Shown one piece after another: positions 9,401 to 16,361 of a stretch of DNA of 64,000 nt. Every line of letters starts with the position of its first letter. The first letter of the stretch is position 1. The notes under the pieces were generated by a model, which worked only from the letters and a program-made list of their open reading frames with translations, made no database searches and had not been told where the DNA came from. This DNA comes from Bacteroidota bacterium (lineage in GTDB: Bacteria > Bacteroidota > Bacteroidia > Flavobacteriales > TMED113): the NCBI GenBank assembly GCA_036158635.1, contig JAYYFR010000010.1, forward strand, positions 13,138 through 77,137, written 5' to 3'. Position numbers and translations under genes: made by a program.

Positions 9401-11895
9401 ATGATTTAGATAATGACGGTGTGTGTAATAATGATGAAATACTTGGTTGCCAAGATTTAAATGCTTGTAATTATAATCCAGATGCCACAGATGAAGCTAC
9501 TTGTATTTATTTAGATGGAATTTGTGATTCGTGCTTTAACGGAGTTATAATTGACAATGATGCTGATAATGATGGTGTTTGTGATAATGATGAAGTTGCA
9601 GGTTGTCAAGATTTAAGCGCTTGTAATTACAACCCTGTTGCTACTGATGATGATAATTCTTGTTTTTATCCTGCAGAACAATATCTTGACTGTTATGGGA
9701 ACTGTATTAATGATGGCGATGGTGATGGAATCTGTAACGAATTAGAAATTCTTGGTTGTACTGACGCTAACGCATGTAACTATGATTTTAATTCAACAGA
9801 AAATGATGGTTCTTGTACATACTCTGTCGTTGGTTTAGATTGCTTTGGAAATTGTATAAATGATTTAGATAATGATGGTGTTTGTGATGAAAATGAAATC
9901 TTGGGATGTACAAACCCAAGTGCTGTTAACTTTAATAATTTAGCAACCGAGGATAACAATTCATGTGATTTTGGTCCATTCGGAGAAATAAACGAGACTG
10001 ATTGTATAATGACTATTGTTTTTTCTGAAGACTTTAGCTTAAGTTATGGTAATCAAGTCTTTTCTGAAGGTTGGATTGGTGTTACAGACGCAGATGGAAA
10101 TATCTATGGTTCAACATTTTGGTCGGAAGGTCAAAATAATTCTATCATGGTATATGGATCTAATATTAATAATGAAGGTATCGCATACAATGAAGAATTA
10201 AATTGGATTTTTTCATTTAATAATAACAATATTATTATGTCCCCTGTTTATGGTTTTGCAGACGGAATTTTTTCTTGTAGTGATTTAGCTATAATTGAGT
10301 CACTGTCCTCTGATCTACCTGGTTGCCTTGATGGCGAGGCATTTAATTTTAATAACCTTGCAAATATTGATGATAATTCATGTGATTATGGGCCTTGGGA
10401 CGAAATACCTAACACTGATTGTAATATGACTATATTAATTCCTGGAGACGCAAATATTTCAATTGACGGAGAGCAAATACTTGATGCATGGATTGGCTTA
10501 TCTGACTCTGATGGGAATATTTGTGGAAGTACTTATTGGACTTACGGAGAAACTGGCGCAATTGCAGCATGGGGAGAAGATGATGGCACATTTGGATTTG
10601 AAGTTGGTGAAACCATTAATTGGATTATTTCTACTCCTGAAGGAGATTTATTTGGTAATGCATCATTATCTTTTGGTAGCAATGAATATGCTTGTAATGC
10701 TTTGGCTGGAATTAATTCGATTGACTTTGGTTTACAAAATTATACTCAAGAAATTGAACTATATACCGGATGGAATATGTGGTCAACATATATTGAGCCA
10801 CAAAATAATAACATTGAAAATTTATTCTCTGGAGTTAGTAATAATTTATTAATTGTTAAAGACGAAAATGGTTCTGTTTATTGGCCACTTTTTGGCTTAA
10901 ATACTATTGGAGATTTAACTAAAGGAAAGGGTTATCAAACAAAAATGTCAAATGATGATGTTTTAATTGTTGAGGGTAATTTGATTCCTTCTAATTATTC
11001 TTTCAATATACCAATTGGATGGAGTATAATTGGATATTTACATACTACTTGCTATAACGCAAGTGACATGATGTCACCACTAGCTAATCAAATCATTATT
11101 TTAAAGGACGAAAGTGGTTTAGTTTTTTGGCCGACTTTTGGTTTGAATACTATTGGAGATATGTGTCCAGATAAAGGGTACCAAATCAAAATGTTGGAAG
11201 AATCTGTATTTAATTATCCAAGCTATTCAAGATTTGGTTACTCCAATATTGACATCATTGACAAAACAGTTTACTATGATGAGGCTAAAAATACAGGAAA
11301 TAACATGATAATTGGACTTCCAATTGAATCTTGGAATACTCTACCAAAAATTGGTGATGAAATCGCAGCATATGATAATGTCGGAAATTTAGTTGGTAGC
11401 ACAACGTTTAATGGAGATCACATCGCTTTAACTGTTTGGGGAAATGATGCCACAACAAATGTTAAAGATGGTTTGTACGAAAACGAAGAATTAGTTTTCC
11501 GAGTTTGGAGTTCTGATCAAAATGAGGAATATTCAATGAGAATCACTAATTGGCAGAGTGGAAGTAATATTTATATAACTGATAATATAAATATTGCATC
11601 CAATATTGTAATTGACACAGTAAATAAAAATGATTTATCAATTTTATTTCAAAATTCACCAAATCCGTTTAGTGAATCAACAAAGATTGAATTTTTTGTG
11701 CCCAAAAAATGTTTAATTAATTTTACTTTACACAATATAATGGGAGAAAAAATTAAAACTATTTCTAATTCAGAATTTGAATCAGGTAATCACGAAATAA
11801 TATTTAGACCAGACAACTTAAGTCCAGGTACTTATTTTATTAACATGCAAACTAAAAATTATACTAAAACTTTAAAGATAAACCTAACGAAATAA
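3499..11895 (+). CDS. Giant (2798 aa) secreted multidomain protein, T9SS cargo: Cys-rich modules, alpha/beta-hydrolase esterase, beta-propeller-like repeats, DUF1566-like module, T9SS C-terminal domain
   Basis: Uninterrupted 8397-nt ORF. Signal peptide ends at FSQ/D. Esterase motifs are HGGAF (H249) and GGHSAGG (S358, nt 4570-4572). Six W-x-x-K-G repeats span aa 733-1021. DUF1566 motifs are DWYLPSYDEL, YWSST and VRPIRSF. The C-terminus NSPNPFSESTKIEFFV...GTYFINMQT matches a type-A T9SS sorting domain. Confidence 0.9.
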   Translation: MKNTILSSISLISFFLFFSPIISFSQDVDCTESNIGCMDEIACDYNPDALCPGECNYDCYGCLDPEACNYNPNATLSYNYCAYTDLGCGCGFPAAEPGYDCYGNCIVDENGDGICDEIYGCTDPIAPNYVQEANIDDGSCEEVIYGCINPFAENFDENANTNDGSCELIGCMSEGALNYSEAATIDNGDCVWLEPVVENTCNGRYLDKIFPEVEVETVTYSDIYGLQLDIYTGVGDTIVEDRPLIVYIHGGAFISEFGDRTGPQATYVATEMAQRGYVVASIDYRKASLFQILCGGLCDQGFGDITPWAPWQYWDYIGDHIGKAFSDSKAAIRYFRKSVAENNPYRIDPNHIYVGGHSAGGIISNHIILESNEDINPSHPIYDYIMDNGGYFGDSGNFGFSHDVAGGFPLASAIFPTDFSNITEDDFDKLYISVHGEADNIVPYGFGQIIPIVSFPFSGLIFPNCQGSGAMSNYMDDIGMENHHLSFQGDPWFTAGHNFEQWGPNGQEAMITFVTTHLFNNLPCSAGDIGCTDETACNYSPSAINDDGSCSQISGCTDPNACNFDINAGCDDGSCIGLAGCMDANAFNYNEIATCQLSNACIEIIEGCTYLYANNYSEIANTDDGSCQIEGCTDSSASNYNPEATDDNGSCYFTPDCIQITTEFISECGSYTWFEENIDTTGLYSPSFLSPISPDYGGFDVDMSNPSSLLVGKPEENNNDGLISMYIRNGDEWIQKGDDLLGQGLDNSEIGDQFGFSVAMGDVNTIATSSPYSDYMYTVCGNPYWTINCEWSCPAWPFWCPGLICFPSFQQDCDNIYQNNKGIVNVYSWVNNQWELKGETIWGEFEEDFSGNEIDMADSNTIAIGSSNTGLTESGFIGNLKVFSFQENGWVQKGENFYGEEGGDEVGKGFSMGDKNTIAISYKNQNKVKVFEWNGNDWLQKGPPIIVGNLSQSVSMFNNSSLAISGDSQTEVYDWNGTYWVIKGSPILFSGGESVSMGGPNTISVTSSESIALFRFENEEWLLKTQTYNNPGTVVMGNPNILAIPGQVFEYIPEVNEDGCQEFTMINLTIDDPATSGCTNPLACNYDETAICDDGSCSEISGCTEPTACNYNPNAGCDDGSCSEVSGCTDPNACNYNPDAGCDDNTCYNNDLGCGCDQPAAEPGYDCFGNCLTDSDGDGICDEFEILGCLDVNACNYDSNPTTDEDNSLCNYLDGICDTCLNGIIIDNDADNDGVCDDDEVLGCTDNNACNYNELATENDNTCYNNDLGCGCDQPAAEPGYDCFGNCLTDTDGDGICDEFEILGCLDINACNYDSNPTTDEDNSLCNYLDGICDTCVNGIIIDNDADNDGVCDDDEVLGCTDDSACNYNELATNGYDDWYLPSYDELYLMYQTIGQGSDNIAQFGNGWYWSSTYGYGNPESGINVVVNMSNGNTYGQGFYNSDIVNVRPIRSFNTNSTTLPNIGDFYEGGIVFDINDDGTGLVANLSDLESSNYSTAIDNISNYTAENDVICDYESCVGCMDTNACNYDETFTQANNLECNYLDGICDTCVNGIIIDNDADNDGVCDDDEILGCTDDSACNYNELATENDNTCNYLEPYLEGIDNIDFTIENCDLFSDQVSNPEDWPYAFVATGPWQPNSNLAQNFVININSLPPGGANYRVVKTVANGNWDVGPTTPLNLGFNYMNVEEVDYERIVRFTFSSGEIGFDSIFLNDIEQNCNIYLYDCDNNCFNDLDGDGICDELEITGCTDSAACNYDNTATDDDGSCLLGYQSFTLVLYDSYGDGWAANNGQTHTLSINGSIYGNDFTDGTIASYIGGDQLSYEICLNTQECNIFDFSDNGQYENECSWELYDENSTLVLSSGPSILTNQYLGDLCFGCTSPIACNYDSNALVNDINDPCIFPSFGYDCNNNCINDSDGDGVCNVFEIIGCQDQTACNYNPEATDQGPCTYTDGICEDCIGGIIIDNDLDNDGVCNNDEILGCQDLNACNYNPDATDEATCIYLDGICDSCFNGVIIDNDADNDGVCDNDEVAGCQDLSACNYNPVATDDDNSCFYPAEQYLDCYGNCINDGDGDGICNELEILGCTDANACNYDFNSTENDGSCTYSVVGLDCFGNCINDLDNDGVCDENEILGCTNPSAVNFNNLATEDNNSCDFGPFGEINETDCIMTIVFSEDFSLSYGNQVFSEGWIGVTDADGNIYGSTFWSEGQNNSIMVYGSNINNEGIAYNEELNWIFSFNNNNIIMSPVYGFADGIFSCSDLAIIESLSSDLPGCLDGEAFNFNNLANIDDNSCDYGPWDEIPNTDCNMTILIPGDANISIDGEQILDAWIGLSDSDGNICGSTYWTYGETGAIAAWGEDDGTFGFEVGETINWIISTPEGDLFGNASLSFGSNEYACNALAGINSIDFGLQNYTQEIELYTGWNMWSTYIEPQNNNIENLFSGVSNNLLIVKDENGSVYWPLFGLNTIGDLTKGKGYQTKMSNDDVLIVEGNLIPSNYSFNIPIGWSIIGYLHTTCYNASDMMSPLANQIIILKDESGLVFWPTFGLNTIGDMCPDKGYQIKMLEESVFNYPSYSRFGYSNIDIIDKTVYYDEAKNTGNNMIIGLPIESWNTLPKIGDEIAAYDNVGNLVGSTTFNGDHIALTVWGNDATTNVKDGLYENEELVFRVWSSDQNEEYSMRITNWQSGSNIYITDNINIASNIVIDTVNKNDLSILFQNSPNPFSESTKIEFFVPKKCLINFTLHNIMGEKIKTISNSEFESGNHEIIFRPDNLSPGTYFINMQTKNYTKTLKINLTK
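6931..7626 (+). repeat. In-frame tandem duplication, 2 x 348 bp (116 codons), inside the giant ORF
   Basis: Manual alignment of 6931-7269 against 7279-7617 gives 21 mismatches in 339 nt, mostly synonymous third positions. Confidence 0.9.
8116..8280 (+). repeat. Third, partial copy of the 348-bp unit; its first 143 nt are nearly identical to 7474-7616
   Basis: 8116-8258 against 7474-7616 has 2 mismatches in 143 nt by manual alignment. The offset is 642 nt, which is 214 codons and in frame. Confidence 0.9.
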
Positions 11896-11939
11896 CTTTA
11901 TTAAGAAATTATTTTGTTTTTTTAATAAAAAATTAAACT

Positions 11940-12443
11940 ATGAAATTAATACTTAAAATTCTTTTTTTTACAATTGTGACTAATTTAAGCTACTCACAAG
12001 AAACAGTTTGTGATTGTGTTGAAATTGGAATTCAAACTTTCAAAATGATTGAAAGTGGAACTTCTGAAGAAGAGACACAAAAAATCTTTGAGAAAAAAAA
12101 CAATAAGTGTATGGAAATCAAAAATAAACTCGGAAATGATTTTGAAAAAAAAATGACAGGTTGCGAAAACTTCAAAGATCTAATTAAAATTACAACTGGC
12201 TTAATTGGAAATTCTGAAGTTAACCCTGAAGTATGTGAATGCGTTGATTTTTCTATCGAGACTATGGAACTTATGAAGAAAGGTATCACCGAAAAAGAGC
12301 TTGAAAAAAAGTATAAAAGCAAACGAGACATTTGTGAAAAATTAAATTCCGATTTAGGAGCTGAAAATTTTGGAATGCAAATGATGAATTGTGAAAATTT
12401 CAGTCAATTAATGGAACTTATGTTATCTGAGCAAGACAACTAG
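11940..12443 (+). CDS. Small secreted protein with an internal duplication of a 4-Cys, roughly 62-aa unit; function unknown
   Basis: 167-aa ORF starting 44 nt after the giant ORF, with no terminator seen between them. Signal peptide ends LSYSQ/E. The repeats VCDCVEIG...C...GCENFKDL and VCECVDFS...C...NCENFSQL align. Confidence 0.7.
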   Translation: MKLILKILFFTIVTNLSYSQETVCDCVEIGIQTFKMIESGTSEEETQKIFEKKNNKCMEIKNKLGNDFEKKMTGCENFKDLIKITTGLIGNSEVNPEVCECVDFSIETMELMKKGITEKELEKKYKSKRDICEKLNSDLGAENFGMQMMNCENFSQLMELMLSEQDN

Positions 12444-13718
12444 TTAAGCTATCTTAATTACAAAATAATTTTTTTTTCCTTTCTGAAATAAAAGATACTT
12501 ATCATTTAGCAAGTCTTTGATATTTATTTTTTTATTCAAGTCTATTTTTTCTTTATTTAGGCTGATTGCGTTTGATTGTAACATTCTTCGCAGCTCACCT
12601 TTTGATTTGAAAATAGGTGCTTTTTCTGTTAAAAGGCTAAGTACATCAATATCTTTATATAAAATTTCTTTAGAAATCTCATAAGTCGGAACGCCTTCAA
12701 AATACATTAAGAAATCTTTTTCGGACACTTTTTCTAATATCTCTTTAGTTTTTGAGCCAAATAAAATTTTACTACCTTCTAAAGCCTTTTCATATAAATC
12801 TTTTCCATGTATTCTAATTGTCATTTCTTTTGCAAGTTCATTTTGAAGAATTCTTAAATGAGGTTCATTATCATGACTATCTTCAATGTTTAATATTTCA
12901 TCCTTTTGCTTAACAGAAAAAAATCTTATACATTTCTTAGCATCTTCATCAGAAATATTTAACCAGTACTGAAAAAATTTATAAGGTGAAGTTCTGTTTG
13001 GATCTAACCAAACATTTCCATCTTCAGTCTTGCCAAATTTAGTACCATCAGATTTTGTTAAAAGAGGACAGGTAAGCGCATAACTATTTTTATTTTCTTT
13101 TTTTCTTATTAATTCAATCCCTGTTGTAATATTACCCCATTGATCTGAGCCGCCAATTTGAACAGCGCAATTATTATTATTAAGCAAATGAAGAAAATCG
13201 TAAGCTTGAACTAATTGATATGAAAATTCTGTGAATGAAATACCAGATTCCATTCTATTTTTCACGGAATCCTTGGATAACATATAGTTAATTGTAATAT
13301 ACTTTCCTATATTTCTTAAAAATGAATTAAAGTTCATTGATTGCATCCAATCTAAATTATTTACAAATTCAGCATGATTTTTTTTTGTTTCAAAATCTAA
13401 AAATTTTTGTAACTGTTTTTTTATTGAAAGTAAATTAGAATTTATTTCATCGGCATCTAATAATTGCCTTTCATTAGATTTTCCAGAAGGATCACCTATC
13501 ATTGCAGTAGCTCCTCCAAGAAGTAAAATTGGTTTATGTCCATAATTCTGAAAGTGAGTTAACAGCATCACAGGCGCCAAATTACCAATATGTAAAGAAG
13601 AAGCAGTTGGGTCAAATCCAACATATGCAGAACAAACTCCAGATGATAAATATTCTTTTAAACCTGGGGTTAAATCATTTATCATCCCCCTCCACTTTAA
13701 CTCGTCAATGAAATCCAT
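12444..13718 (-). CDS. tyrS: Tyrosine--tRNA ligase
   Basis: ORF 12444-13763 trimmed to the ATG at 13718 (MDFIDELKWRG). Has the HIGN motif (SLHIGNL), the KMSKS-equivalent KFGKT and an S4-like C-terminus. Confidence 0.92.
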   Translation of the reverse strand: MDFIDELKWRGMINDLTPGLKEYLSSGVCSAYVGFDPTASSLHIGNLAPVMLLTHFQNYGHKPILLLGGATAMIGDPSGKSNERQLLDADEINSNLLSIKKQLQKFLDFETKKNHAEFVNNLDWMQSMNFNSFLRNIGKYITINYMLSKDSVKNRMESGISFTEFSYQLVQAYDFLHLLNNNNCAVQIGGSDQWGNITTGIELIRKKENKNSYALTCPLLTKSDGTKFGKTEDGNVWLDPNRTSPYKFFQYWLNISDEDAKKCIRFFSVKQKDEILNIEDSHDNEPHLRILQNELAKEMTIRIHGKDLYEKALEGSKILFGSKTKEILEKVSEKDFLMYFEGVPTYEISKEILYKDIDVLSLLTEKAPIFKSKGELRRMLQSNAISLNKEKIDLNKKINIKDLLNDKYLLFQKGKKNYFVIKIA

Positions 13719-13781
13719 ATTTTTTATTTTTGTAAAAATATAAATTATAGTATGGAATAACATAATTTTATAAAATTAGAA

Positions 13782-14753
13782 ATGAAAAATATTTTTTTAA
13801 CAGGTGGAACAGGATTTTTAGGAAGTCATATATTATATGAACTATCTATTCTTGAATATAATATTACTGCTATAAAAAGAAAAAAAAGTGATTTGAGTTT
13901 AATTAAAAATTTATTTTTAATTAACAATCAAGAACATAAATTCAAAAAAATTAAATGGATTAATTGTGACATTACTGATCTTTTTAAATTAGAAAGTTTA
14001 ATCTGTAAAAATGATATTGTTATTCATTGTGCTGGTTATATCTCGTTTGAAAAAAGAAAAAAAAATCAAATTTTTGATATCAATTATTATGCTACAAGAA
14101 ATTTAGTTAACATCTGTTTAAAAAAGCAAATTTCAAAATTTTGCTACATAAGTTCAATTGCAACTTTATTTAATAAAAAAAACTCCATAGCAGATGAAAA
14201 TAGTTGGTTTTCAAATTCCAATACAAAATCATATTATGCCAAATCTAAATATATGGGAGAGATGGAGGTCTGGAGAGGTTTCGCTGAAGGCCTAAATGGT
14301 TTTATTATTAATCCATCTTTAGTTATAGGCCCCGGTGATAAAAATAGTTTATTTGGAAAAATGATTTCAAAATTAAAAAAAAGAACTTTATTCTACCCTG
14401 GAGGGGGTACAGGTTTTGTAGATGTAAGAGACGTCTCAAGCGTAATGATAAAACTTATAAATAAAAAAGTTAATCACAAAAGATATATAATTAACAGCCA
14501 AAATTTGAGCTTTAAAGAGCTTCTAACTATATATGCTAAACAAGTAAACGGACCTATTCCATCGATTAAAATCAATAATAATATAATTAAAATCGCTATT
14601 CTTCTAAGTAAAATATTTAATCCTTATAATAACTTAAGTTTTAGCATGGTTGACTTTTTTAAAACAAAATCAAGATACAGTAATTTAAAAATAAAACAGG
14701 AATTAAATTATAAGTTTATTTCTGTTCAGAGATCTATTATTGATATTATTTAA
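13782..14753 (+). CDS. NAD-dependent epimerase/dehydratase (extended SDR) family protein
   Basis: 323-aa ORF with the Rossmann motif TGGTGFLGSH at the N-terminus and YxxxK as YAKSK. Confidence 0.8.
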   Translation: MKNIFLTGGTGFLGSHILYELSILEYNITAIKRKKSDLSLIKNLFLINNQEHKFKKIKWINCDITDLFKLESLICKNDIVIHCAGYISFEKRKKNQIFDINYYATRNLVNICLKKQISKFCYISSIATLFNKKNSIADENSWFSNSNTKSYYAKSKYMGEMEVWRGFAEGLNGFIINPSLVIGPGDKNSLFGKMISKLKKRTLFYPGGGTGFVDVRDVSSVMIKLINKKVNHKRYIINSQNLSFKELLTIYAKQVNGPIPSIKINNNIIKIAILLSKIFNPYNNLSFSMVDFFKTKSRYSNLKIKQELNYKFISVQRSIIDII

Positions 14754-14755
14754 AA

Positions 14756-15073
14756 TTATTTATTATCCTCAATTTCAGCTTGAAACTCCTTTAATAATAA
14801 CTCGAAATCTGATAAGTTATTTATATAGTAATTTAGTTCTTTATTGTAATCATCCTCAGATAAGTTATTTTTTTTAAATATTTCTTCTCTCAAAATTTTG
14901 TACGTAGAATCATTCAAATTTCCTAATTCATACTTTACATTTAAATACTCTAAATCCTTAAAAATTTTAGCAAAATCTTCACTATACATTTTCTTCTTAT
15001 CAACTAAATTTGAACAAGAAAAAAAATTAATGTTAAGAATTAAAAGTAAGCAAAGAACCCATTTTATTTTCAT
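14756..15073 (-). CDS. Small lipoprotein (DUF4296-like by size and position next to dihydroorotase)
   Basis: ORF 14756-15085. The lipoprotein signal MKIKWVLCLLLILNINFFSC starts at the ATG at 15073. The family call rests on my memory of gene context only. Confidence 0.55.
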   Translation of the reverse strand: MKIKWVLCLLLILNINFFSCSNLVDKKKMYSEDFAKIFKDLEYLNVKYELGNLNDSTYKILREEIFKKNNLSEDDYNKELNYYINNLSDFELLLKEFQAEIEDNK

Positions 15074-16361
15074 TAAACTTTCCATTTTTATATACTAAAT
15101 TTCCATTTATAAAAGTATGAGTGATTTTATACTTCAAAACTCTTCCTTCAAACGGAGACCAACCACACTTATATAATAAATTATGTTTTGCTATTTCGTA
15201 CTTTGATTTATCAAATAACACTAAGTCTGCATAATAACCCTCTTTTATGTATCCTCTTTTATTTACTTTAAAACACTTGGCGGGAGCATGGCACATCTTA
15301 TTTACAAGTTCTTCCAGTTTTATTTTGCCATTAGACATATGTTCTAACATAATAGGCAAAGAATGTTGTACTAACGGCCCCCCAGAAGGAGATTCTAAAT
15401 ATTTATTTTGTTTTTCTGAAATTGTATGTGGAGCGTGATCTGTTGCTATTATATCCAATCTGTTATCTAATAATCCTTTCCATAAAGCATCATTGTCTTT
15501 TTTTGTTTTAACTGCTGGATTCCATTTTATTAAAGATCCTAAATTTTTGTAATCTTCATCTGTAAATGATAGGTGGTGAACACATACTTCAGATGTAATT
15601 CTTTTTTCTTCTAAAGGAATTTGATTTGTAAATAAATCTAATTCCTCCATAGTCGAAATGTGAAGAACGTGTAATCTAGTATTATATTTTTTTGCTAAAC
15701 TAACAGCAAGATCTGATGACTTAAAACAAGCTTCTCTAGATCTTATAATTGGATGTTGATCGAATGGAATATTTTGTCCAAATTTTACTTTTGCTTTTGA
15801 AATATTTTTTTTAATTGTTTCTTCATCTTCGCAATGAGTCGCGACTAAACCTTCACATTTTGAAAAAATATTATTCAAAGTTGTGAAATCATCAACTAGC
15901 ATATTTCCTGTTGAAGATCCCATAAATATTTTTAAGCCAGGGCAAGTTTTAAAATCAATTTTTAATACCTCTTCTAAATTGTCATTAGATGCACCAAAGA
16001 AAAAAGAAAAATTGGCCAGAGAGGTGTTTTTTCCTATTTCTATTTTTTGTTCAAGCAATTCCTTTGTTAAAGTTTGAGGAATTGTATTTGGCATTTCCAT
16101 ATAAGAGGTAATTCCACCGGCTACAGCAGCACGAGACTCTGAGAAAATATTTGCCTTATGAGTTAAACCAGGCTCTCTAAAATGTACTTGATCATCAATT
16201 ACTCCCGGAATTAAATAACATTCATTGGCATCAATAATATTGTGGTTTTTACTATCAATGTTTTTTGCAACTTTTGATATTAATTCTTTTTCAATTAAAA
16301 GGTCACCTTCAATTATATTTCCTTCGTTAACTATTTTTGCGTTTTTAATTAATGTTCCCAT
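15033..16361 (-). CDS. pyrC: Dihydroorotase (amidohydrolase superfamily)
   Basis: 442-aa ORF. Metal-binding motif VIDDQVHFREPG, plus TDHAPH and the overall amidohydrolase pattern. Confidence 0.85.
   Translation of the reverse strand: MGTLIKNAKIVNEGNIIEGDLLIEKELISKVAKNIDSKNHNIIDANECYLIPGVIDDQVHFREPGLTHKANIFSESRAAVAGGITSYMEMPNTIPQTLTKELLEQKIEIGKNTSLANFSFFFGASNDNLEEVLKIDFKTCPGLKIFMGSSTGNMLVDDFTTLNNIFSKCEGLVATHCEDEETIKKNISKAKVKFGQNIPFDQHPIIRSREACFKSSDLAVSLAKKYNTRLHVLHISTMEELDLFTNQIPLEEKRITSEVCVHHLSFTDEDYKNLGSLIKWNPAVKTKKDNDALWKGLLDNRLDIIATDHAPHTISEKQNKYLESPSGGPLVQHSLPIMLEHMSNGKIKLEELVNKMCHAPAKCFKVNKRGYIKEGYYADLVLFDKSKYEIAKHNLLYKCGWSPFEGRVLKYKITHTFINGNLVYKNGKFNENKMGSLLTFNS

Noticed and set aside
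3569-10852. Alternative-frame and antisense ORFs inside the giant gene (3569-3877, 4387-4596, 5159-5356, 6790-6972, 6800-7015, 7025-7225, 8574-8765, 10463-10852)
   Set aside because: All are nested in a single strongly supported 8.4-kb reading frame. Their translations are low-complexity products of the repeated codons, with no motifs.
2654-12443. Possible tRNA-associated genomic island (tRNA followed by TetR, the giant cargo and the small Cys protein)
   Set aside because: I saw no integrase, no transposase and no direct repeat of the tRNA 3' end near 12443. The higher G+C of parts of the giant ORF is explained by its Gly/Cys/Asp/Ala/Pro-rich composition, and its AT-rich segments look like the rest of the window.
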